NCBI GenBank assembly: GCA_964016885.1
Contig: CAXHJY010000726.1
Span: 11,870-75,869 of the forward strand
Direction of reading: 5' to 3'
Length of the DNA stretch: 64,000 nucleotides
Origin: Eledone cirrhosa
Lineage: Eukaryota
Shown here piece by piece: positions 13,572 to 26,553 of this stretch. Both the position numbers and the translations under genes were made by a program. Each line of letters opens with the position of its first letter. Positions within the stretch are counted from its first letter, which is position 1. A model generated the notes under the pieces. It was not told where the DNA came from. It saw nothing but the letters and a program-made list of their open reading frames with translations, and did no database searches.

Positions 13572-14514
13572 ATAGATATGTGTACATGTGGGCTTTCGTG
13601 TGCAAGTTATTGTGTCAGTATTTGTATTTCACATTTAAGATATATAAGCTTATAATGTTTTAACTTTTTTTTATTATTATTAAACTCACGGTCAATGAAG
13701 AAGAGAATGAGATGATGTGACATCTAATTCTCTTCCAAAAGCATTTGCAGGAGATTAATGAACGTTTGTCTAAACGAAAATAGATACTTTTCGGGATCCT
13801 ATTTCTCCGTTCAGCACTTTGGAATTGCTTATAAATGTATTTATTATTTACTTAATTATCGATAAAGCAGTGAATTGACAAAGTTGCTCTGTGGTATTTC
13901 TGAGTTTAAAACTCGTCGAAACCAACTTAGTATTTTATCCTTTTGAATCGATAAATAAAGTGGCGTGGATTGGCAGCATTGGACAAGATACTCTACAGTA
14001 TCTGTTCCAGCTTTGTCTTCTGAGTTCAAACTAAATAAAGTGCAGTAGGTTGGCGGTATTGCATTGGAGAATATACTCTACAGTATCTGTTCCAGTTTTG
14101 TGTTCTGAGTTCAAACCCTGCCTCCTGTCACCGAAAAAATAGTGACCTAATAACACCAAAAGACCCTGTAAGTGGCCAGTTGTACTTATGTAAGTGGGAA
14201 CCGTAAAAGAAACTGATAGATAGATTTCGCTTTACTTATCTATCCAGCATTAAAAAGAGTTTGGTTAATTGTTGATAGGGCACTGAACAGCGAAGTACTA
14301 TATTGTTTTAGCGTACGTGGCCAATGTTTCCAAACTACCAAGCCATAGACACCATTATTCTGAATTAAAAATTCATCTGTCTAGATTGCTGAGGGAAAGA
14401 ATTGGCTCTCATCTACTTAACGTCAATGATACCGGGGATAATTATTTACCGCACGAGTCATTGAAAGGATACGTTTCTTTCGAGATCAAAGAGTTTGCCT
14501 TACGTTTTAACAAG

Positions 14515-14603
<89 letters not shown>

Positions 14604-14614
14604 CACTCTCTCTA

Positions 14615-14708
<94 letters not shown>
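14515..14708. repeat. Compound (CA)n(CT)n(TA)n microsatellite
   Basis: Read directly; abuts the 3' end of the PLE family B copy. Confidence 0.95.
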
Positions 14709-14712
<4 letters not shown>

Positions 14713-16543
14713 GAATTGTGGTAAGGAACCAGATGGACCATAACGCACCAGAGTACTCAATACTTAGGGTAATAGAGTGGGAAATAGGAAAAAGTATGAC
14801 CCCGACGGCAGAACTCAAGCCGTTTCGACGGCTAATTTCTGGACTAAGAATGTTTAGCCTGGTGAATAAATAGCCGAACTTTTCAAGGGGGTACTTCCTT
14901 ATATGGGAAGATTGTAGTTGTCAAGAGGATTGGTTAAAATTTGTTGTAAACACAAATAAGTCTATCATGGTATTTGGTAGGAGGTAGGGGTGGCTGAACT
15001 TGTCTGTAGAACAATAGGGGAGTGACTGGAGCGGTCAGGCATTGAAAGTGATATGTATACAGTAGATTCTAAGGCTAGTGTATGAAGTGGAGGACGGAGG
15101 TTATAGAATAGGTAAATCGAATGAGAGTAGGAGACAATAAAAGATAATAGAAAAAAAATATATATATATTATATTAGATAGGGAGAAATGAATAAAAGAA
15201 TCACAATGCTATCTTACAATTACAGGTTAATAAGTTGAGAATAGAAAAAACTTGTAGAAATTGAGTAGTACCAGAAGTGATACAGAATTAAAGGGGTTTA
15301 ACACGTCTGCTATAAGTAGTTAGTAAAACGTATTCGGCTAATTCTATCTTAAAATTACAGGGGTGGGGGAACTGATGCTACAGAGGCCCGATGGGCTGCA
15401 TCGGGGTAGGCGAAGGGGAAAAGCAGACGAGGAAGAAAATAGGGGGTGGAAAGAAACAGGGGGAAGAAGAAGACAAAGAGGAAAAGAAAAGAAAAGAGAT
15501 ACATCTACCTAAGTAAGCTGGGGTTTCCCCTAACTTATTCGGCAAGTAGAGGGGTATCAGCCCTTGTCTACTCACCCGGGTCGTTATGGGGTTTGAGGGC
15601 GAGGTAAGTCATACGCAATCTGTGTTTGCATGCGGTTACCAGTTCCTCTTTCTTGTTTAGGAGTTGGTCCTTCGAAAACAGCATTTGTAATGTTTCCTCC
15701 GAGCATAAGTTACACGGACGGCGTCCTCCCGTGTAAGAGTTAGCTTTGGACAGTGAGCTCCAAGTGAGATTGTAGGTTATATTATTATCTGGGAGGTCCC
15801 AGATGTGGACCGAAAGTGTAGTGGCCATGTTTCGGAAAGTATGTCGGTGTTGGTAGAGCCGGGTCTTGAAGTCACACGCGGTTAATCCTATATAAGATTT
15901 GTTGGATGTGTCCGTCCTCACGTTGCACTGGTAGATCACGTTACGTTCTCGGCATTTGTTGTTGAGGGGGCAGTAGATCTATCAGGGCAGTTACACCTCC
16001 TGGTCGGCTCTCCACTGATGTCTAGGTTATTTCTTCCATAGGGGTTGAGTTTTTTGTTGTTTGAGGAGACGATGTTTTGTGCGAAGTTAGGTGTGGTGCT
16101 GTGGGAGAGTTTGATGGTGTTTTTGTTGATTATGTTGTGGTAGCGGTGTTGTAGTGGGAAGTGTTTTTCGAGGAGTCTAAAGAAGATTTTCCCGATAGGT
16201 GTTGCCACCTCGGTATTATGGGGAGGATTGAACCACGTTACGTTGCGTGAGCGGCGGTGCCGCCTGCTGGATCCGCTAAGGGAAGCTGGATAAAAGGATA
16301 TTTCCTCCCGGAAGCCAGTCCGCTTGAGGGCCTGTTGTAATAAGGCGCATGTTCGTCGAATATCTGCTCATTAGCGGACAAACGAGATATGCGGAGGGAG
16401 ATGTTTTTAACCAGGTTATTGGTGATGTTTCTAGTATGGTTAGAGCGGCGGTGGATGTAGTGCAGGTTGTCGTTTGGTTTCCTATATGGGTAGTACAGAT
16501 AATTTTCGAGGTTAAGGGTAACGTGGGTTCGATTCCAGCACAT
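14709..16543 (-). mobile_element. Penelope-like element (Naiad-type, family B), 5'-truncated
   Basis: RT C-terminal part (YYPYRKPNDNLHYIHRRSNH, WFNPP), linker CNC-x5-CPLNNKC across a frameshift, and GIY-YIG (VIYQC..SYIGLT..FKTR..H, CNLC, ACKH). About 850 bp of 3' UTR ends on (TA)n. Confidence 0.9.
15568..16543 (-). pseudogene. PLE RT-thumb/linker/GIY-YIG coding remnant
   Basis: ORFs 16238-16543, 15936-16208 and 15568-15939 join across frameshifts into one PLE protein C-terminus. Confidence 0.88.
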
Positions 16544-17869
16544 GCATAGTAGTTATTTCATCGACATGAAAGGAATAAAAAGCAAAATCGAAACCTCGAA
16601 CTAATTTGACCTGCTCAAGCTAGTAGTCAAATCACCTTCAAATCACACTCTATCATCTTAATGAAAAGATCTGTAATGTAGTCCTAAGTACACCTTTGAT
16701 CATAGATCTAGTTGACAAGGTCTAACGTGGAGCTAAACAATAACAATATACCGTAGACACGCGAATAATAGCCAACATTTTGAGGGATGAAAAGTCTGGA
16801 ATTCTCGCTGCATATTATAATTGTGTTATACCAAATACCACCAGAACATAATTTCTTATATACAAACTGAACCGCATACTTTAATCATTCACTGTAATTC
16901 TTAGTTTTCTCTGTTTACATTTATTTATTCAAGTAGTCGTTTGGGGTTCTGTTACCGATACAATATTTTTTAATATAACTTGAATTTCAGCACTTCAAAT
17001 GTAATATCTGTATAATAATCAATCGCTGAAATTTAAACTCAAAAATCCATGACTAAAAAATATTACGGTACTATATAAAGCTATGAATATCGTAACTCCT
17101 ACTTCTGTCTTTCTCAGAGCTTAAGCTTCATGTCTACCCCCAACAGTCGGAAATCACTACAGTATAAACTATAAGTATTGACAGAATATGTGTGGAAATG
17201 GATTTGCTTTAAAAAAAAGCTAATTGGGGAAAAACATAAGAAGGGAGGCAGTTTTAAGGTAGAAGAATTTTAAAAGTATTAAAAAACGGGATTCCTCTAA
17301 TTAGTTAACGGTTATAAATGTGACTCGACACTGTTGAGTATTTAGTTCGGCTCTTAACTCTTTTTGTCACACAGACATCCTAAAACAGTCGCTCTATTGC
17401 TGATGCATGTTCTATTGATCTCGGGAACAATGCAAAATGAGAATTCAGAACTGCCAGTCATAGAACCAAAGCAATTAGATGTTTTTACTTTTAGCGCTTG
17501 TGGTTACTCTCAGGCTGTTGATAAGCACAGTAAATAGAAAACATTTATTGACATTATTCTATGAATGGAGAAAATAAATCGATGGATCAACACAATTCAA
17601 TATATCAAATAGGAGCATAAATCGATAAAGAAGCGCCATGTTGAGTTAAGGTAGAAGTTAATAGAAGAACGGAGAGATACACTTGCGGAAATTAAGTTTG
17701 TAGAGCTGCATTTTCTATTCAAACGGGATGGATGGATGTATTTTTATAAACTCCATGGTTCAAGCATAATCTCCGGTATCAATGGCATTGAGCAGATGAG
17801 AGATAAATCTTCCCCTCGGCCGTCTACACAGATGAATTTTCAACTTAGAATTACAAACCAATACAATTT

Positions 17870-18150
17870 GTGCTTGGATCCCGTACAGTCAAGATCGGAA
17901 CCTCGGTGGCCCGCCCGAGGAAGGAGCCCCGCGAGTTGGGGTGGCTGTTGCTGTGGGTGTCACTGGCCATTGTCCACAGGAATGCTTTTGCGGTCTTGTC
18001 CGCGGGGCGCAGCCCCTCTACCACCGCGCCCTGGGCCCAGAGCCCAATCATCCTCCCCCTTCTACTTCCCATTCTTCTATGACACTAGAGTTGTTGCCAT
18101 TCCCTTCCCGTTTTTATTCTTTCTTTTTCTCTTTTTTCTCTATACTTACG
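17870..18150 (+). mobile_element. CRE-like (RLE) non-LTR retrotransposon 3' remnant
   Basis: GC-rich island encoding EPRELGWLLLWVSLAIVHRNAFAVL, similar to the CRE C-terminal xRLSxAxQRGNAxxxL motif; pyrimidine-rich 3' UTR. Confidence 0.55.
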
Positions 18151-18364
18151 GCTTGTTAGTCTGAGCAAATATATATATATATGGCATGTTTTGGGAATTT
18201 TAAATTTGGTGGCACCCTTCTCCTCTCTCTAGTTTTGATCATAGCTAATTTACTTGAGAGAGAGGGAGAGTGTGTGTGTGTGTGTGTATGAGAGTGTGTG
18301 TGTATATGTGTATGAGAGAGAGAGTGTGTGTGTGTGAGGGGGAGAGAGAGAGAGAAAGAATGCG

Positions 18365-18395
<31 letters not shown>

Positions 18396-20133
18396 GAGCA
18401 GAATCCATCTTGAAAGGAAGAAAGGCAAAGTTGCCTTGATTAGATTTGAACTCAGAGCGCAGAGATCCTAAATAAATAACACAAAGCAATCTAGCCGACG
18501 CCCGAACAGCTCTGTTAATTCGTCGCCTTCTTCCAGACCTGGGGGGGTTATGAGCGGACATTCGTTTAAAATAAGATTTCATTTGTTGTTTTAATGTTGT
18601 GATAACTTTACTTTCCTCTTTCAAATGTTATTCCCCAAATTAAAATCTCGTTCAAAATGAATTTCTTTGTTCTTTACTCTTTTATATCTTCACTGTGTTA
18701 TGTTTTTCAACGCGTGGTGTTAACTGTTTGAACTTTAGTTTTAATTTCATACAGTATAATGCGTAAATAGTATAATTTGTTGAACTAATTTTCAACTCAT
18801 CGTAATTATATTACAATTTTCGGAGATATCAATTCGCTTCAATTTTAACACTTATATTGCCATTTGCCTTCTGCTGTTTCGTAATATTTTTTTATCTTCC
18901 CCGTTTGTCCTCCAACTCAAACACGCTAAATTTAATGTCACATAATTGTTTTTTTTTCTTTTGTCTCCGCCCCCCCCCCCATACTACTCTATAATTTCTT
19001 AACCATTTAATTCTCTTTATACAGTTTGTTCAGGCTTATATGTATTTATATATCTATATATATTGTTTGTTAAGTATCTTATGAACTCTACAATAATTTT
19101 CTTTTTACATCCATACCCTCCATAAGCCTTTAACTAATGGCGGAGTCGTACGTGTGCTGTTGTGACATACCATTTAACTCATATATATTAAAGTACGGGA
19201 TGATTATGGCTGGAACTCCCTTGTTTATAAGCATGCTCGATCAAAGCTAACCTAGAACTAACAAGCAACAAAACTTCATTTTTTTCTTTTTACTCCCTAT
19301 CCGCCTCTCTCCCTCTATCTATCCAGTGTCTGTATGTTCTAGTCGAACTAAAATTCAACTAACAAAACTCCCAGACTAATTCGTTGAAGTGAAATACCAG
19401 AATCAGACTTCAAAAACAAAAGCAAATGATTGTAGGGGGAAAGCTGGTACAATGCAAATTTCAAATACAACATTGGAGACTTGAGTAAAGTAAGAAACAT
19501 AAACTGATACAACTCGTCGACAACACTACACTTCATTTCTTTTCTTTTAAAAGGAAGTTCATAACTCGAAATATCATGAAATTTAAAGTAAAAGTTTATA
19601 TTATTGTTTTGATTTTTTTCTTACTTTACTTTAGTTTTCATTCTTGTATTTCAAATTGGCACTATACCGGCTTTCCCAAAGCAACCAATACCATATATCT
19701 TGGGCAAATAACATTTACCATAAACCATGTGAGGGAAGTTGGATAGAAGGAAACTGTTTGGAAACTCGCCGGATGAACTGGAGCTGTAATTCAAAAGATC
19801 AGTCTTGTCATACACTGTAAATCTCTCCGAGAATTATGTCATGGAAACAAGTCTCTGTAAAAGGCTTAACCACATAAATGTTAATTTCATGAGTAGGCTG
19901 TTCTCTTGATCGAACAACTGGAACACTTATCCTCAAAACTGACGGAGGTTCATTGAAGGGAAATGACATAAAGAAAACAAAAATGTGGCAGGTTTCTGAG
20001 AAGGATGAATATTTTGTAATTTAATTCACGAGTATTTGAATCTCTCTCTCTCTCTCTCTCTCTCTCTCCCCCCCTCTCTCTCCCTCACTCTTTCTCTCTC
20101 CACACACACACACACACACTCTCTCTCTCTCTC

Positions 20134-20228
<95 letters not shown>

Positions 20229-20470
20229 GAGGTTATATTTAATTTGTTGGGATACAACAAGCAAAATATTTTTATAACTGATTCCAACCAGAATGGTTGC
20301 ATTTTTTAAGGGTATGTCAATATTTATTTATAAAACTAACCTATATTATATTTTATCTGATGAAAGTGCACCATAGTTTGCTCTGGTGGCCCTTGAAATA
20401 TGTATAATGAAATAAATATGGTTTTATAAATATAGTTTCCATTTGTTAATATATTGTATATATATATATA

Positions 20471-20686
20471 TAACGAAGGAAATGTGGTAATGAACCAGGT
20501 GGACCATAACGCACCAAAGTACTCAATACTTAGGGTAGTAGAGTGGGTAATAGGAACGAGTAAAACCCCGACGGCTGAGCTCAAGCCGTTTCGACGGCTA
20601 ATTCTGGACTGCTAATTCGACGGCTAATTGAGTCCAGAATTAGCCGTCGAAACGGCTTGAGCTCAGCCGTCGGGGTCTTACTCGTT

Positions 20687-20688
<2 letters not shown>
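20471..20688. mobile_element. PLE family B terminal foldback in (TA)n
   Basis: 20471-20610 matches 14709-14845. 20631-20688 is an inverted shorter copy. (TA)n on both sides. Confidence 0.85.
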
Positions 20689-20723
<35 letters not shown>

Positions 20724-20759
20724 GAAAAGTATAGAAATTATTGTAGCAAGAAGCCAAAA

Positions 20760-20805
<46 letters not shown>

Positions 20806-21256
20806 TTATATATATATATATGTATGTATGCATTGTGTGTGTGTGTATTCATCAATGAATAATCAAGGGGTGTGTAGAGGACGTAGCAAAGATGGCTGTG
20901 CCCCTGCATGGCTTTTTCCCCGAGGGCTGGAACAAAAAAAAAAAAAATATATATATATGTTATATCTGTTATATCTGTTATATGGTCTGCACCTCTTTTA
21001 GAGAGGAGCAGATCATACATTAATAGGTCTAAAAGTACAACTTTTATACAACTGATAAAAGTTTAAATTATCAATAACATCAACATTACTGATACTTACC
21101 AAAAACATGACCGGAATTTTTTATGAAATGCCATAATTCCCATAAGTACCTATTAAAATTTTGGAAATACCAGACCCGGGTTAAGCAGACTGGCATTGAC
21201 CTATTACACGCTTCCTATTAAGTAATTTATTTTATCATGTATATTCTCCACACTAA

Positions 21257-21567
21257 GGCGGCGAATTGGCAGAGTTGTTAGAACGTCGGATAGAATGCTT
21301 TATGGTATTCGTTCCGGGTCTCTGCTCTCTGAGTTCAAATCCCGCTGAGGTCAACTTTGCCTTTCATCCTTTCGAAGTCGATAGAAAAAGTACCGGTTTA
21401 GTACTGGGCCGATTCTTCCTCTCACTTTCTATCTTTCTCTGGAAGAATCTGCTGTACTCAGGCTTGGAGAGGGATGGGCTCCGCCTGGCTTGGAATGCGC
21501 AAGAAACGCAGCATGTCAGTCAATATGGCACCCTACAACTCTATCAGGAGTTACGGGACCATACATA
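21257..21567 (+). mobile_element. Nin/Deu-domain SINE, long-tail variant
   Basis: GGCGGCGAATTGGCAGAG..GAGTTCAAATCCCGCTGAGGTCAACTTTGCCTTTCATCCTTTCGAAGTCGATAG; tail shared with 2560-2870. Confidence 0.75.
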
Positions 21568-22114
21568 CATTCTCCAAAATACTTTATTGATATTATTCTG
21601 TTAAAGGCAGTGATTGGCGGAGTACTTAGGGCGTCGAACGAATGCTCACCAGAATTTCTTCCGGGTCTTTAGTTCAAATTCCAACGGAGGTTAGCTTTGG
21701 CTTTTATTCTTCCTGGGTTGATAAGATAAAATACCAGTAATCTACTGATGTTAGTATAATTGATTTTCCCTCTTCTCTTAAAACTGTTGGCCTCGTACTT
21801 AACTTAGAAACCGTCATTATTCTACTATCCCACGATGTATTTGTTTTCAAGACTTGAGTGAAGCTGTCTAGCTCAGCCAAGAGGGTTTAACTGAGCACTG
21901 ATGATCATGACGCATGACAGGAAACCATCCGTACTTCCTCCAAAATTATATAAGTTGAAATGTATTCATAGAATGTCGCTGATCGTATATTGTTCGATGA
22001 TTTACAGTCTTTTTAATACTATCCTTCGTAACATCGTTTAAGATTTACAGTCACACATCCACATACACAAATACACTCTCTCACACTCCTATACACACAT
22101 ATCTAACGTCTAAA

Positions 22115-22383
22115 GTCTGTCTTAAGCCAGAAGGCTCATTTGGCCGGTGCTTATCACGGTTTCATGGCGTGAAGCGACTGAGAGTACAAGACTCCCCCCT
22201 GGACAGGACGCCAGTCCATCGCAGGGTTAAACCTCCAGCTATTGCTGGTACTCATTTTCAGCTAAGTATACTGGAGCAACGTGAAATGAAGTGTTTTGCT
22301 CAAGAACACAACACGCAGCCCAGGAATCGAACCCACAACATTATGATCGTAAGTCCAACACTCTTACCACTAGGCCACGTGCC
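22115..22383 (-). mobile_element. tRNA-derived SINE with V-domain-like segment
   Basis: Minus strand reads GGCACGTGGCCTAGTGGTAAG..GGTTCGATTCCTGG..GTTCTTGAGCAAAACAC..TGCGATGGACTGGCGTCCTGTCCAGGGG. Partial copies at ~35895-36015 and ~38525-38630. Confidence 0.8.
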
Positions 22384-22889
22384 CCCACTTCACACACATA
22401 TATATACATACATGTATATATCTATAATTATGAATATATATTATCCTAGACTTGATTGGTCTTAAGTAGTGGTAGTTGTGGGTGTGTTAAGGAGGAAAAG
22501 GCAAGTACTGTGGCTATATTTTAAATTATCAATTATTTAACGCTGGCGCCTTAGTACAATTAAATGTCATCTACTAAACTATTGTATATAAAGAAATATA
22601 AAATTAATCATATATATTAATGGTATAATGAATCAAATGATACAGTGATGCAATAATTATACTCATATAACAGTATATTGATTGTAAAGTTATTGATAAT
22701 TTGATGATGAGGCAAAATAAAATAATTCTATTTTCCTTTTCATCTAACTATCCACAAGTGATAAAACACTTTAATGAAAGTACGTGTGTTTGTATAAATA
22801 TATGGGATTTCTATGGGCTCAACTAGTATATATATATATATATACTAGCTGTTATATATACTGTTATATATATATATATATATATAGGA

Positions 22890-22983
22890 AGCGATTTTTC
22901 CTATTACCCACTCTACTACCTCAAGTATTGAGTACTTTGGTGCGTTATGGTCCACCTGGTTCCTTACCACATTTCCTTCGTTA
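22890..22983 (+). mobile_element. PLE family B 3' end fragment in (TA)n
   Basis: CCTATTACCCACTCTACTACC..GGTTCCTTACCACATTTCCTTCGTTA(TA)n is the reverse complement of 20471-20553. Confidence 0.85.
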
Positions 22984-23496
22984 TATATATATATATATAC
23001 TGTTATATATATATATATACTGTTATATATATATATATAACATATTAAATTTAATTGAAAAACTCTATTTATGGGAGTATAAGCCAGGCAGATCCAAAAA
23101 TGTTTTTGTCAATCTCTTTTATATATCGATCTCCCTACCATGGTTTATTTGTGGAAGAAGTAATTATTGGAAAAGTCTAATATTTGTCAGGGGAGTACTT
23201 CTTCAATTCAAAGAGACAATATTTATCATGAAATTCCACATACCGTTACCGATCCAGCATACTGTGCAAAACACGTTGTGTAATTGAACTGTTACATGAA
23301 CAAATATTAGGACTTAATATGGACCGTGATAGGCTGACTGCTGTGAAGGTGTGCAAGCAAACTGACCAACGTAGGGAATGTACAAGAATGTATATGAATT
23401 TCTACATATACATACACACACACAGTAGCAATCGAGCGGGACTGTGTAGAAAGCAGGTATTAGCGAATATGAACGTTGCTTTTATATTTCATTACT

Positions 23497-23847
23497 AGGT
23501 ATGGCTGTAAGAGAAGTTGCTTAGATTCGGCTTCGATGATATGGTGATGCAACCGTAAACGGCTCAGCTACAAAATGTGAAGTCAATACGTGTGTGGAGG
23601 TGGATAGTGCCAGGAAGTGGTGGGAACGGAGTAAATGTTAAGAAACATTCAACACCGACGGCACCACAACCGTGGCACTGAGGAGTACCACGCGAACAAA
23701 GACAAGCGCGAAAGACGTGAGCCTTGGAATGTATGTCAGTGGTGTGTGCGAGCATGTGCACATACGCGTGCGTGCATCAGAAAGTATATATATATATATA
23801 TATATATATCATCAGAAAGTATATATATATATATGCATCAGAAAGTA

Positions 23848-23895
<48 letters not shown>

Positions 23896-24161
23896 GCACG
23901 CGTATGTGCACATGCTCGCACACACCACTGACATACATTCCAAGGCTCACGTCTTTCGCGCTTGTCTTTGTTCGCGTGGTACTCCTCAGTGCCACGGTTG
24001 TGGCGCCGTCGGTGTTGAATGTTTCTTAACATTTACTCCGTTCCCACCACTTCCTGGCACTATCCACCTCCACGCACGTATTGACTTCACATTTTGTAGC
24101 TTAGCCGTTTACGGTTGCATCACCATATCATCGAAGCCGAATCTAAGCAACTTCTCTTACA
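23497..24161. repeat. ~280 bp near-perfect inverted repeat centred on (TA)n
   Basis: 23497-23777 versus 23890-24161. The spacer is (TA)n with three CATCAGAAAG units. Confidence 0.92.
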
Positions 24162-24191
24162 TATATATATATATATATACAATATATATAT

Positions 24192-24251
<60 letters not shown>

Positions 24252-25412
24252 CGTTTGTGTTATCGTTCATTGTTTTTTTTGTTTTGTTTCTTTTTGTATT
24301 TACTACCACCTTCCACATAATGTTTATTTTGGCGTCTCTATTCTATTCCTATAACTACTTTCTTTATTAAAGACGTCAGGTTTAGTTTCAAATATTTGTG
24401 CTTCCATATTATTATAGTTGAGGGTGGAGAGAGTTTCTGCCTTTATAAGATGTTTCTAGTGGATAAACAAAGGTATTTCGTAAATGTTTATTAGTGAAAG
24501 CGTTATTAATACTATTGTGTAAGGCGTGGGTGGGCAGGATTGTTAGAGTGTCGAACAAAAATACTTTGCGCTACCTAATTACCACTTTCTACGATCGAAA
24601 GTACCAGTTAAATTTTGGGGGTCGATTTAATCGACTTCCCCCTTCTTCCAAATTATTGTCCTTGTTTCAATGTTAGAAAGATTATTAACTATATTGTGGT
24701 TGTCACAATAGTAATTAATCTATTTCAGTAATACACCTTTAACATGCTAATTATCTATTCTCTAAAGCATTATGGATCAAGAAAAACTTTAATTAAACAA
24801 TTAAACATGCACTATACTTATACAGAATGTTGCAGTTGTGTAGCTTCTCCAAATAGCAATATACTATTAATCAGACAGGCCTGGAAGCTGCATGATATCA
24901 GAATTACTAGCTGTTTCACTGATGGGAGTTGCAGGTTGAACTTCTGATAACTTGAAGTTGAAAGAATTGGTGATTCTAAGACATTGCCTCCCAACTCATT
25001 ATTCTTGGCTATCTTCTTGATGAAGTTGTTATATATTCTTTTGACCTTTCCCTGTGTAGGTTGTCATGCAGTAAATGATAATTTACTAGCCTTTGTTATG
25101 TCATGTTGTTCTAGTCCTTTGATTAATTCATCCGTCAATTCAATTAATTTACCAATAGTGTGTCTTTCAGTTATATCTTCATCTTTACTTCATCATCAGC
25201 GTGTTTTTTTTTTATTTTCAGGGTTCAAAATCATATCTATAACTTCAGAGTCAGTTTAATGATACACAACATACATGATTTCGATAACATTCATCCACTG
25301 AACCAAACTTCCTTCATTAAGCTTACTTACTAAATAGCACGTTCAGCAGGATTTTGTGATTTCAAGTAACTCACGAATAACATTTATTTTTAATACTTGA
25401 AATCCTGTGAAG

Positions 25413-25585
25413 TCTTCTTCTTCTTCTTCTTGGGAAGGTTGTGGGGGCAGAGTCCTCAAGTACGCTTTCCAGCGGGTGTTGTCAGAAGCTAGCGTCTCCA
25501 ATTGATCCGGTTAAATCCCTTTGAAAGACCAGCCAAGCTCATGGAACGGGGTCTACCCTTGGGTATCCTGCTGGTTTATTTTGCC
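25413..25585 (-). mobile_element. RTE LINE 3' remnant with (GAA)n tail
   Basis: Minus strand gives GRPR....NWETLASDNTRWK across a frameshift, followed by GAAGAAGAA. Confidence 0.6.
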
Positions 25586-26332
25586 CACAAAATCTGTCCT
25601 CCGATTCTTTATGCCCGTAATATCGGAGGTGTGATCTTTCAATTCGGAGAAGTAGTGGCTCTACCGGGAGCAACTATCTGTGAAGTCTTTGCTGCGATTT
25701 CTATCAGATTAATTTTGAAACTTCAACGAAGGCGCCAACTTACAAAATCTCACCAATTGCTAATTTTACTTTTTCTCAGTCACTAGCAACAAACCAAAGC
25801 ACATACCCCCTGTAAAAATTTTGCGATAAATATCTCAACAGAATTGTCTGAATTCACCCCATTTAGCATGCACTTAACGAAAAGTGAACGATATCTAACC
25901 TTCATTGAGTAGAGTATTCTTTCATCTTAGGATGGGATAATACATATAGTTTTGTGGTCAGTCACTGTGGTATTTAGTTACGACTTTCTACGTTCTGAGT
26001 TCAAATCCCGTCAAGGTCATCATTGCAATTCATCCTTCCAGTGTCGATGAAGTAAAGTACTAGTTAAGTATTGTGGTCGGTATAATCGACTTTGCCCTTC
26101 CTCCAAATTGCTGGCCTTGGGCCAATGTTAGACAAGTTATCTATAGTGGCATTCACCTAGGAATTCACCTAATTCAATCACACACAATTAAACTACTAAT
26201 TATGACTTCTGTGGACCGAATATGGAGAACTTTGCAGTTTTCAGGTGTACATGTGTAGTGGGGTAGTCACTAGTAGCTTACAGCTGTGTATTCTGACTAC
26301 CTTATATTGTTTTATTATTATGGGGATTTTAA

Positions 26333-26553
26333 GGGCGGTGGATTGGTAGTGTCGGTAGAGCGTCGGATAATATGCTTTGCGGCATAGTATTATGGCTCTT
26401 TAAGCTCTGAGTTCAAATCCCGCCGAGGTTAGATTTGCCTTTCATCCATACGAGGTCGATAACATAAAGTACCAGTAATGCACTGGGCTCAATTTAATCA
26501 CCCCCCTCCCCCCAAAAAAATTGTTGGTCTTGTGCCTAAATCAAAAACCATTA
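26333..26553 (+). mobile_element. Nin/Deu-domain tRNA SINE
   Basis: GGGCGGTGGATTGGTAG..GAGTTCAAATCCCGCCGAGG..GCCTTTCATCC..GGTCGATA..AAGTACCAG. Confidence 0.85.
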
